Virus record (IMG/VR): IMGVR_UViG_3300021560_000032 | Coordinates: 1-39,555 of that record | Length of the DNA: 39,555 nt | Origin: a virus | Lineage: Duplodnaviria > Caudoviricetes | Reading direction: 5' to 3' (one strand) | Shown here: piece after piece, positions 13,926-22,637 of the stretch | Numbering within the stretch: the stretch's first letter is position 1 | Layout of the letters: every line of letters begins with the position of its first letter | The notes under the pieces: model-generated | What the model was told of the DNA's origin: nothing | Databases searched by the model: none | What the model saw: only the letters and a program-made list of their open reading frames with translations | Translations under genes and position numbers: made by a program

Positions 13926-16548
13926 ATACGTCGGCTTCCGTGGAGACCCCCACGCGCCGATTTGGTTCATAGGCGAAGCTCCCGGCGCCGATGAGGACCA
14001 AGCAGGTGTCCCTTTCGTCGGTAGTTCGGGTCGCGAATTAGACCGAATGCTCAACGACGCCTCCATTGACTCAAGACTTTGCTGCTTCACAAATCCCTAC
14101 AAAGTGAGGCCTCCTGACAATGACCTCGAACGATTCGAAGAAACTGGAATCAGCTACGCTTTATCTCGAGAGCAATTCTTTGAAGAGCTACGAGAATATC
14201 GACCGTCTTTTATCTGTCCTCTCGGAGCTACAGCACTTGAACTTCTTTGCAAATCTACAATCGATTCAAAAGACAAAACAAGTAAAATTAGCAAATGGAG
14301 AGGTTCTATCCTCACGTCGGAGGAGCTTCTCTGGCCGCACATTGTCTTGGGAAACTTTCACCCTGCATATATCCTTCGAGAATGGAGTGACCGCGCGGTT
14401 TCTGTGTTCGTTTTTCAAAGACTTAAAGAAGAATTCGACTTCTGGCTCAAAAATTCCAGACACCAACCCTTGCCAGACCGACAGCTCATTGCCGACCCCA
14501 GTCAAGGAGAAATAGAGGACTACCTAACGGAGTGTCTAAATCATGACGGACCCATTAGTACTGACATTGAGCTTCTGGCTCGACGTGTTCCAATTTGTAT
14601 TAGTTTCTCATTTAATCGCTCTAGTGCTATCAGTGTTTCTCTATTCGACGGGCAAGTTGCGAATCTTAGACGCACTTGGAGGCTCATCGACGCTATCCTC
14701 GCTCGAAAGAGAATCCTTGGTCAAAACTGGACAACGTTTGATGCGAATTGGGTTGAGGCTTTGGGATTTCACAGTGGTATCCCTCTTTGCGATGACACTC
14801 TTGTGCTACACCATGTTCTTCATCCTGAGATGAGTCATAAGCTCGATTTTATAGGAATGCAATACACTAGACAGCCCTACTGGAAAGACGAAGGAAAAGG
14901 CTGGAACTTACGAGAGGGAATGTCGAAGCTTAAGAGATACAACTGCCTCGACTCGGCAGTAACTCTTGAAGCTTTTGAGGAGATGCAACATGAGCTGGAT
15001 GATAACCCAATCCTCAGGTCGTTTTACAAAGACTATGCGATGCCTCTCGCTAAAGCCTTCTACTACATCGACAAACGCGGGATCGAAACCGATCCTCAAC
15101 GTCTCGGAGAACTTCGTACGGACGTTGTACGCGAATTGGGAGAAAGGTGCGTATCCATCTCTAAAGAGCTGGGAGGCCGTGCTGTCGCGTATTCAGCAGA
15201 AATGGCTGATAAACTGGCAGGGCAACTCAAAATTGATAGCAAGGGAATACTCAACATTAACTCAGTCCCACAGCTGAAGGACGTGCTGAAGAATGAGCTC
15301 AAAATTAAACTCAAAACGGCGAAGAACGCCAAGGGCGAGTACAGAGAATCCACAGGAGAAGACTCCCTCAACGAAGCTTTCGCCGCGACAGGAAACCAAG
15401 TCCTCAAACACATCCTCAGAGTTAGAGAGCTTAACAAAATCCTCGGAACCTATATCGACGCACGCTACGGAGATAACGTTTTCTATAGCTGTTACAGTGT
15501 CACCGGAACGGTCACTGGCCGGAGAGCCTCTCGCAAAAATTTCCTTGGCTTTGGATCAAACGGACAAAACCAACCGAAACATTCGGATTTGGGGGAACGA
15601 TTTCATGGTATTTTTGTCGCGAGGAGAGGAAAAATCTATGTTTACTGTGACCAAGCCTCGGCCGAAGAGTGGATCGTCCAAGGAATTATCGCAGACGTTT
15701 CAGGAGATACAAAAGGCATCAGAGAGCTTGAAGAATCGATGCGAAGCGGCATTAGCCGACATGCAGTCCTTGCAAGTCAAATCTTCGGCCTCCCAATCGA
15801 AAAAACGAACAACAAAGAGTGTCTAGAATACTACATGGGAAAGAAGGTTCGCCATGCAGGAAACTACGGAATGCAGCCGGACAAGATGGCGACAGAGATG
15901 GCGAAAGAAGGTTTTCCAGTGGCAAAGGAGTTCTGTGCGGCTGTATTGGACAAATTTCATCAAACCGAACCAGCAGTACGAAAAGTCTTTCATAAATATG
16001 TCGAACATGAGCTTTGTACGAAGCGAATGCTTCGAACCCCGCTTGGTCGCGAGCGTGTGTTCTACTCGCTGCGTCCTTACGGGGATAACAATAAGATTTT
16101 CCGAGAGGGCTACGCTTACATTCCACAAAGCTCTATAGGCGATAACAACGGTCTAGCCATTTTATATTGTCAAAACGTGAAGCCAGGATGTGTTCTTATG
16201 GACGGTCACGACTCAATGCTCACTGAAGTGGACGATGACGTCGGCGTAGTCATCGACCAGATGAGGTTGATGCTTCAAGCCTACGATCGTACTATGCGCT
16301 TCCCCAACGGCTTTGAGGTCAAAATCCCAATCGACTTCAAGATTGGCTATACGATGAAAGACTTAAAGAAATGCCTCGATCCATCCAAGGAGACTGGATT
16401 ACAGAATATATCAGAGATATACTCCCGGTTACAGAAAGTCCGACAAAGTATCATTTCTGGTGCGCCGTCGCAGCCATTAGCGCGTCAATCAAGCGAAATG
16501 TCTGGGTCGATAGAGGAAAGTTCAAGCTCTATCCAAACCTCTATATAG
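13873..16548 (+). CDS. Family A DNA polymerase with N-terminal uracil-DNA glycosylase (family 4-like) and 3'-5' exonuclease domains
   Basis: GEAPGADED..G.PFVG.SG and HPAYILR (UDG); DIE, QN..FD, YNCLD (Exo I-III); TVTGR, DQASAE, K..RHAGNYG, HDS (pol motifs). Confidence 0.92.
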   Translation: MGPHTLELKQLCSKLGRKYVGFRGDPHAPIWFIGEAPGADEDQAGVPFVGSSGRELDRMLNDASIDSRLCCFTNPYKVRPPDNDLERFEETGISYALSREQFFEELREYRPSFICPLGATALELLCKSTIDSKDKTSKISKWRGSILTSEELLWPHIVLGNFHPAYILREWSDRAVSVFVFQRLKEEFDFWLKNSRHQPLPDRQLIADPSQGEIEDYLTECLNHDGPISTDIELLARRVPICISFSFNRSSAISVSLFDGQVANLRRTWRLIDAILARKRILGQNWTTFDANWVEALGFHSGIPLCDDTLVLHHVLHPEMSHKLDFIGMQYTRQPYWKDEGKGWNLREGMSKLKRYNCLDSAVTLEAFEEMQHELDDNPILRSFYKDYAMPLAKAFYYIDKRGIETDPQRLGELRTDVVRELGERCVSISKELGGRAVAYSAEMADKLAGQLKIDSKGILNINSVPQLKDVLKNELKIKLKTAKNAKGEYRESTGEDSLNEAFAATGNQVLKHILRVRELNKILGTYIDARYGDNVFYSCYSVTGTVTGRRASRKNFLGFGSNGQNQPKHSDLGERFHGIFVARRGKIYVYCDQASAEEWIVQGIIADVSGDTKGIRELEESMRSGISRHAVLASQIFGLPIEKTNNKECLEYYMGKKVRHAGNYGMQPDKMATEMAKEGFPVAKEFCAAVLDKFHQTEPAVRKVFHKYVEHELCTKRMLRTPLGRERVFYSLRPYGDNNKIFREGYAYIPQSSIGDNNGLAILYCQNVKPGCVLMDGHDSMLTEVDDDVGVVIDQMRLMLQAYDRTMRFPNGFEVKIPIDFKIGYTMKDLKKCLDPSKETGLQNISEIYSRLQKVRQSIISGAPSQPLARQSSEMSGSIEESSSSIQTSI

Positions 16549-17570
16549 TCTTAGTAGGTAGACCAGGAATAGGTAAAGGCGCTGCGATTCACCCAGCGGT
16601 CGCTTTGATGAAGGAAGCCGGAACGGTCAATATCCTGTCGGATAGGATAACGATGGAGTATGTTCTTGAGAAGTTATCTAAAGGATTTCCAAAGATGCAT
16701 CCGAGCTCAAGTAATGGAACACAGCAGCAAGTCTTGAAACTCGGGCTTGAATCAGCGGCGCTTATATTATCATCAGAGCTGTCAGTTTTTATAACAGCTT
16801 CGCAGTTTTCACTAAGTGCTTTGACTGACCTTTGGGATAGCAAGGAAGGAGTCTATCAATATGGAACAAGAGGAAAAGGGGAATTTAACATCAATTCTCC
16901 CTGCCTTGGTCTCCTTGGTGGAAGCGCTCAGGAGTGGCTTACGAAGTCTATTCCTGGTGACGCTGTCGGTGGTGGGTTTACTCGTAGGGTTAATTTCGTG
17001 CTTGCTACCAAGAAGGATAAGAAAGTTCCTTGGCCAATTAGTAGCTACAATACTACTCCGCTTTTGGCTGACGACTTACGCCAGATGTCTCTGCTTAGGG
17101 GAGAGTTTACTTTTACTTCTGGCGCACGCGTCTTGTTTGAAAATTATTACCTTTCCTGCGAGCCTGATGAATTCGATGAAGAAGCGACTGCCGCGTACAA
17201 AGCCTCTAAATGGACAAACGCTACTAAATTAGCACAATGTCTTAGTCTGTCGAGAGGGGACTCGCTTGAGATTAACGAGCAAGATTTCCAAACTGCAATG
17301 GATAAAACCGAAGAAGTTTCTAATGACTTAAAAGTCGTCTTTCGCTCTGTAGGAGAAAGTCCACTCGCTACCTCGACAGACAAAGTCGTGCGTTTCTTAG
17401 AGAAGAAAGGCTTCGCCAAGCGGAGCGAGATTCTTCAACACAACTGGAGACACATAACGGCGAACGAACTTGACGTCATTATTGTAACGCTACGTGAGGC
17501 AGGTATGCTCGTCGAGCGTTCAATAGGTAATTCAATCGAATACGCTTGGAGGGATAGCGCAAAGCCATGA
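16371..17570 (+). CDS. DUF3987-like P-loop helicase with a C-terminal winged-helix-like region
   Basis: ESP..YHFW, YPNLYIVLVGRPGIGKG, SSELSVF, LTDLWD, GGFTRR. Confidence 0.75.
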   Translation: MPRSIQGDWITEYIRDILPVTESPTKYHFWCAVAAISASIKRNVWVDRGKFKLYPNLYIVLVGRPGIGKGAAIHPAVALMKEAGTVNILSDRITMEYVLEKLSKGFPKMHPSSSNGTQQQVLKLGLESAALILSSELSVFITASQFSLSALTDLWDSKEGVYQYGTRGKGEFNINSPCLGLLGGSAQEWLTKSIPGDAVGGGFTRRVNFVLATKKDKKVPWPISSYNTTPLLADDLRQMSLLRGEFTFTSGARVLFENYYLSCEPDEFDEEATAAYKASKWTNATKLAQCLSLSRGDSLEINEQDFQTAMDKTEEVSNDLKVVFRSVGESPLATSTDKVVRFLEKKGFAKRSEILQHNWRHITANELDVIIVTLREAGMLVERSIGNSIEYAWRDSAKP

Positions 17571-17989
17571 TTGCAGAACTTACAGGTGAGTATCGATTTC
17601 TGTCGAATTTCTGGTCGTGTTTTATTTCATTTGAGGGAGTTACTTACCCCTCCGTCGAGAATGCTTACCAAGCCGCGAAATGCTTCAACACTCAGGACAG
17701 AGAAAAGTTTTTCTATTGTAAAGCCTCTGAAGCGAAGAGATTGGGAAGAGTTGTAAGAATACGTACCGATTGGGAAACCAAAAAAATCGAGGTAATGCGA
17801 GACCTCGTGATGCAAAAGTTTCGAGATCCGAGACTTAAAGGACTACTCCTTGCGACAGGAAGTCAGGTCATCGAAGAGGGAAATTGGTGGGGTGACACTT
17901 TCTGGGGAACTGTAAACGGAGTCGGTCTGAACATGCTCGGAAAGATTTTGATGTTCGTCAGAGATGATCTTCGAAAGGAGAAGTCGTGA
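17567..17989 (+). CDS. NADAR family (YbiA-like) protein
   Basis: FLSNF, YPSVENAYQAAK, KF...L...LLATG, EGN.WGD.FWG, G.N.LG.ILM.VR. Confidence 0.93.
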   Translation: MIAELTGEYRFLSNFWSCFISFEGVTYPSVENAYQAAKCFNTQDREKFFYCKASEAKRLGRVVRIRTDWETKKIEVMRDLVMQKFRDPRLKGLLLATGSQVIEEGNWWGDTFWGTVNGVGLNMLGKILMFVRDDLRKEKS

Positions 17990-18348
17990 GCACAAAAGAT
18001 ATGTTGGAGAGGATTGATAAGGATATTCAGAGGGAGGAATCCGTAAAAGTCAAATGGCCTTTCAAGCGAGTCTTGAATCAGCATTTGATCGTTCAGATCA
18101 ATCCCTTCAAATATTCAGGAATGATTATCGTTCCCGAAACTGCGAAGCGGAAGCCTACTACAGGAATTGTCGTCGGAAAGGCTGATGACATATCCGACAT
18201 CGAGATTGGTGATAAGATTCTCTTCAGTCAATTCGCTGGCTATCTCTTGAAGTTTTCAGGAACGCCGCTCTGCCGAACTATCGGCTATAACGAAGTTATT
18301 ACCGTACTCAACGACGATGCTCCGGAGATGGAAAGTGAGGGAGCGTAA
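17986..18348 (+). CDS. groES: Co-chaperonin GroES-like protein
   Basis: SGMIIVPETAKRKPTTGIVVG, IGDKILFSQFAG. Confidence 0.8.
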   Translation: MSTKDMLERIDKDIQREESVKVKWPFKRVLNQHLIVQINPFKYSGMIIVPETAKRKPTTGIVVGKADDISDIEIGDKILFSQFAGYLLKFSGTPLCRTIGYNEVITVLNDDAPEMESEGA

Positions 18349-18626
18349 TGAAGCCTAACGACCCTACAGACCTAATCGGAAATCCAATTCAAAAAGGAGA
18401 TGTCCTTGCAGTGTACTTCAAAAACACTCCGCTTGCGATAGTGATTGCCGTCGAAGGCGGCGGCATTCACACACCTAACGGAGTTACACCGGCTGTCATT
18501 CGAGTAGTCATCGACATGACGCTGAAACAACAGCCGGGAACTCGGTTCGAGTCTCTGCTCAAAGTACAAAACCCGAATAGTCAGCAACTGCTCGAAGGCA
18601 TCGCCGACTCGCTACCGAAGGGCTAA
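18348..18626 (+). CDS. Hypothetical protein
   Basis: 92-aa ORF, TAATG coupling, D..G.PI..GD start motif. Confidence 0.7.
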   Translation: MKPNDPTDLIGNPIQKGDVLAVYFKNTPLAIVIAVEGGGIHTPNGVTPAVIRVVIDMTLKQQPGTRFESLLKVQNPNSQQLLEGIADSLPKG

Positions 18627-18877
18627 CGACCGTGGCTCTTGCCAGCCATGAGGTTTTTCTTCCCCATGTGGTGAGGCGTGCCGCGAGGCTTCGGTCTTGT
18701 CGTCTTGCCATGTGCGAGCTTTCCAGTGTGCTCCGAATGCGAGCCATGCGCTACAGCTCGAGTCCCACCGTGATAAATTGGTGAGCTTGCACTGTGGCAT
18801 GAAGGCGAAGTCTCGAGAGACTTGCATTGAGCTGCAACCTGAGCTACATTTTCATGCGCTGTCTTTCCATTTGCCAT
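18623..18877 (-). CDS. Small His/Lys-rich basic protein, last gene of the late arm
   Basis: SD AGGAG 6 nt before ATG; low-complexity basic sequence. Confidence 0.6.
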   Translation of the reverse strand: MANGKTAHENVAQVAAQCKSLETSPSCHSASSPIYHGGTRAVAHGSHSEHTGKLAHGKTTRPKPRGTPHHMGKKNLMAGKSHGR

Positions 18878-18949
18878 TTTGTTCTCCTAGCTGCTAGAAG
18901 TTACTGTTAACAAAGCTAACAGTATTCTCACAGGCGTCCCTGTGAAAAC

Positions 18950-21118
18950 TCATTTGCCTCCGCTTTTCTCATAGGCACGCAAAACCATTTCACGAAGATA
19001 AGGCTCGTAGTCTTGCTCCGCGAACTTCTTGAGCTTTCTTGCTTTTTGTAAGGCTCTAAAAACTTTAGGCTCTACTTGATTAAGGAACTCCTCCATCTCA
19101 GGAATTTGGAGTTTCGATGTATCCATCTCCGTCGCTTGAGCTCTGGCATTCGCTTCAGCAATTTCTGCATCACGAGTACGCTTGGCTTCGCCTCTGGCTT
19201 TGCTTATACGCTCACGAGCTTTAGCTTGCTGAGCGAGCTTACCTTTTCCGTGTTGGCCTTCAGGAACTCTTGTTGCACGAGCCTCTTCAGGAGTCATTGC
19301 TTTCTTTCCCGGCAGAGGCTTCGCTGGAGTCTCGATATCAACTGGTTTTGGAGTTCGCTTTGAAATTCGCTTACCTTGCTCTCTACTCTCTCGAAGTGTC
19401 TTCTCTTCTGGAGACTCATCTTCGGTTGGAGCCTTTGGTGTTTCTTTCGACCCAGTTCCTAGTCTCTTAATACGCTCATCTTCAGGCTCACCACCCGGCT
19501 CTTTCGGCTCAGTAAGCTCAGGAGCTCCTTCTCCTCCTTTCGGGAATTTTCCAGTTGGAGGTTCCAGCTTTCCAGGGAGCTCACGCTCCGACAATATATG
19601 ATCAATGACCTCAGGCGAAAGCTTCATCGCTCGAGCCACTTGCGTCAGATATGACATTCCATACCCCGCGAGAGCTCCTGCAGCTACACTAGGAAGCCAA
19701 CCACCTCCTGCTTCGCGTACGGCGAGCATTACAGGGACGCCAGCCGGCGATCCATAAGCCATCCGAAACATCGTTCCTTTCCAGCCTTTTTGAGCATCGA
19801 GCATTCGCTTTGAGTCTTTGATGAACTTCGCGACCTCAACTCGGTCGATGCCGTATTTCGCGAGGTTATTAACAGTCTCACCAGTCAGAGCAGTATCTTC
19901 ATGAAGAGACCGAGCTACTTTCTTTCCTGTTCCTCCTTCTTTAAGATTGTCACGAACCTCATCGACTAAACGCGCGAATTGAGTATCGTATTTATGAGCA
20001 AGTTTGTTGTATTGATTCCAGGAGTCTGTAAGACCATGTTGCTTTGCAACATCAGCGAGCTTGGTTGTTAAATCGCGATAGACTCGAGTCAGAACAGCAT
20101 ATTGTGGTCCACTGACTTTGCCCATTGCTCGGCCAACACTAGAGCGAAATTGGCGTGTCTTTTCGAACGTCCACATGCCGGGGGGCTTTTTTGCGTCTTT
20201 AAGCATTTGAACCAAAACGGGGCTTGTTGTTACAGGTGTTTTTACAAGCTCAGAAAACTCCTTACGAATAACATCAGCCTCGGCAGTCGCGTCAATGACA
20301 CCAGAAGGAATAGCTGTATCAATCTGTTTAGATAGATTCTCGGCATGTACTTTTACTTCCTGATCGACAGCTCTTGCAGCTTTGTCAAACTTTTCGGCGA
20401 TTTGGAGACCCTTCGCATGAACGTATTGATCCTCAAATGCCTTACGTTTGAAAAAACGCGAAGGCGCTCCGTTTGAGGCGTTGTTCGCGACCCGAGCAGC
20501 TTCGCCAGGATCGGCTCCAATTTCCTTAGCAAGCTCAGCAGCGGACTTAACAGCTCCATCTACGCGAGCGGAGCTTTTACTCAGTTTTTCTGCTCCTTCA
20601 GCTCCACCGAGGATTTGGCCAAGCGTCGCTAGGAATAAGCCGGCTCCGTGCTTGAATTCCTTAGAGTCGATTGGGTCTTTCGATATAGGATCATATCGAA
20701 TATCAAGACCAGGAATTATATGCTTTGTTTCTCCCTCTTTGCGACTTAGACCCGTCGCTCCATGAAACATCTCCTTCGCGCCTTTTTCGGCTTGCGAACC
20801 CATCCCCTCGATAGCATTTGCTACTTTGAAGGGGTCTTTAAGAACTGAGTCTTGGAATTTCCCAAGATTTTGAACTCCCTCTTTAAGAGCCTCTGACCAG
20901 CCGTATTTATGGAGCTTCTCAGGGTCAAAACCGAAGCCTTCGGCTATACCAGAGTAGAAAGGATGCTGAGCCATTGAAGGCTTCGTTGTGTCGGGAGTCT
21001 GAGCAGGAGCCTCAGTCTTTGGAGCAAAACGCTCCCAAGGCTTCGGCATAGCATCTTGTTCAGGAGGTTTCTTAGCGAAGCGCTCCCAAGGGAGTGTAGT
21101 TGTAGGAGTTCCGCCCAT
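18950..21118 (-). CDS. Probable internal virion / DNA ejection protein
   Basis: 722 aa, Ala/Gly/Lys-rich and helical, N-terminal PWERFA repeats, located after the tail genes. Confidence 0.6.
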   Translation of the reverse strand: MGGTPTTTLPWERFAKKPPEQDAMPKPWERFAPKTEAPAQTPDTTKPSMAQHPFYSGIAEGFGFDPEKLHKYGWSEALKEGVQNLGKFQDSVLKDPFKVANAIEGMGSQAEKGAKEMFHGATGLSRKEGETKHIIPGLDIRYDPISKDPIDSKEFKHGAGLFLATLGQILGGAEGAEKLSKSSARVDGAVKSAAELAKEIGADPGEAARVANNASNGAPSRFFKRKAFEDQYVHAKGLQIAEKFDKAARAVDQEVKVHAENLSKQIDTAIPSGVIDATAEADVIRKEFSELVKTPVTTSPVLVQMLKDAKKPPGMWTFEKTRQFRSSVGRAMGKVSGPQYAVLTRVYRDLTTKLADVAKQHGLTDSWNQYNKLAHKYDTQFARLVDEVRDNLKEGGTGKKVARSLHEDTALTGETVNNLAKYGIDRVEVAKFIKDSKRMLDAQKGWKGTMFRMAYGSPAGVPVMLAVREAGGGWLPSVAAGALAGYGMSYLTQVARAMKLSPEVIDHILSERELPGKLEPPTGKFPKGGEGAPELTEPKEPGGEPEDERIKRLGTGSKETPKAPTEDESPEEKTLRESREQGKRISKRTPKPVDIETPAKPLPGKKAMTPEEARATRVPEGQHGKGKLAQQAKARERISKARGEAKRTRDAEIAEANARAQATEMDTSKLQIPEMEEFLNQVEPKVFRALQKARKLKKFAEQDYEPYLREMVLRAYEKSGGK

Positions 21119-22621
21119 TTAATCCTTCTTTTTAGATTTTGACTTCTCAAGCTCCTCAGGAGTGGCTTTTCTGTAATTAGCCTCTTTACCGGGATCGCCT
21201 CCTTTGAAGTAATAACCGTCGACGATATCACCTTCCATCGGCTCGCCCTTTTGAGGTTCGGTAGCGGTATCATCTGTCTCGTCGTCTGTTTCGTCATCAG
21301 ACATATCTGATGTATCTTTTGCCTTTCCGACAGAGGCTTTGAGAGCATCATAGTGAAGGTCGAAAGCTTTCTGCAGACTCTTCGCGTCAGCGGAGCCTTT
21401 CCTGAACCAGCCGAAGGCGCTTGTTGCTCGAATGCCGTTGGCAAGGCTGATTGCTCCAGAATTCTTCAGCAAATTCTGAAGTGTTTGGACGTCGCTATCT
21501 GATAAGTCGCGATCCTGAGCGACAATTCCGTCGATGAAGGTCTTTGCACTTTCAGCAGCATCGAGCTTAAGCTTAAGAGCTTGGGTAAGCTTCGGCTGAG
21601 TAGCTCCTTGAGCGAGAAGCTTTGCTCTCATCATTTGAAAGTTTGCCTTGTCTTTATTAGCCTGAGCCGTGAGGTAGCGCTCCTTCTCTGTGTCCAGAGC
21701 TATCTTTCCCTTTTCCTTGGCCGTTGATTCTTCAGTGAGCTTGAGCTGAAGCTCAGCTTCGGCCTTTTTTGACTCGTATTGTGCTTTCTGAACTTCCTTC
21801 CCGGCTTTAATAATCTCAGCACGAGCCTTCTCACGCTCAGCACGAGCCTTCTCTGGCCCAGCTCCAAGCTCAGCTTCTCTCATCTCTCCTGACGTAAGCT
21901 GAGACTTCAACATGCGCGCAGGGTCTTGCCTTGCAGCTTGGAGCTCTGCTGAATCAGCTATGCTCCTAAGCTGTTGTTCTGGCCCTGCCATTGGCAGATA
22001 GTAGCCTCCAGACTGTGGAGGCCCAGATTGTGAAGTCGCTTGACTTTCTTGCTGCTTCTCCTGAAGTGCTCCTTCCAATCCTTGCCCAACAGGATCAGGT
22101 TTCTGACTCTTCGAAGAGGACTCTTTCTGTTTTTGAGCTTGCTCAAAGCGTCCTTTGAAGAACTTCGCCAAATCCTTTCCATGACGCTCCATGATGATAT
22201 CAATCATCTGCTGAGCGTCCTTCGTTTGTTGAGGATCCTTCGACGCGTCGATAGCCTCCATCAAGTCGGTCCAGACATTCTGCATCTCTGCCGCTTTACG
22301 CTCATGCTTTCGCTGATCCCAGCCGAGGATAAGCTGAGCAAGGCTGTTAATCTGCTCATGAGGCTGCTCTATGGGAGCCGCTCCTGGGAGGCCAGGCCCT
22401 CCACCTGAAGGTGGTTGAATACTAGGAGACGGTCCTGCTGAACCGCCTGACGGCATACCTCCACTTTGAGGCGAGCCTCCCATTGACGCAGGGGTACTCT
22501 CTTGAGGGGACATGCCGGGAGGCTGACCTCTACCTCCCGGCATGGAAACTCCCATCTTTTTCAGCAAAAGAGGAAGGAGTCCTCTCTTAAGAAGAGCTTG
22601 AATCTGTGGATTTGCTCCCAT
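21119..22621 (-). CDS. Probable internal virion / ejection protein
   Basis: 500 aa, Gly/Pro-rich N-terminus, long coiled coil; synteny. Confidence 0.6.
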   Translation of the reverse strand: MGANPQIQALLKRGLLPLLLKKMGVSMPGGRGQPPGMSPQESTPASMGGSPQSGGMPSGGSAGPSPSIQPPSGGGPGLPGAAPIEQPHEQINSLAQLILGWDQRKHERKAAEMQNVWTDLMEAIDASKDPQQTKDAQQMIDIIMERHGKDLAKFFKGRFEQAQKQKESSSKSQKPDPVGQGLEGALQEKQQESQATSQSGPPQSGGYYLPMAGPEQQLRSIADSAELQAARQDPARMLKSQLTSGEMREAELGAGPEKARAEREKARAEIIKAGKEVQKAQYESKKAEAELQLKLTEESTAKEKGKIALDTEKERYLTAQANKDKANFQMMRAKLLAQGATQPKLTQALKLKLDAAESAKTFIDGIVAQDRDLSDSDVQTLQNLLKNSGAISLANGIRATSAFGWFRKGSADAKSLQKAFDLHYDALKASVGKAKDTSDMSDDETDDETDDTATEPQKGEPMEGDIVDGYYFKGGDPGKEANYRKATPEELEKSKSKKKD

Positions 22622-22637
22622 ATCTCAACTCCTCTTA

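Noticed and set aside
15293-15826. 177-aa alternate-frame ORF inside the polymerase
   Set aside because: Ser/Lys/Thr-rich shadow of the coding frame's codon bias; no motif
13873-16548. DpoZ / Z-genome system
   Set aside because: No PurZ, DatZ or MazZ-like genes are recognisable in the window
21815-21853. Tandem repeat CTCAGCACGAGCCTTCTC (21-nt period)
   Set aside because: In-frame heptad duplication (EKARAER) in a coiled coil; not an array
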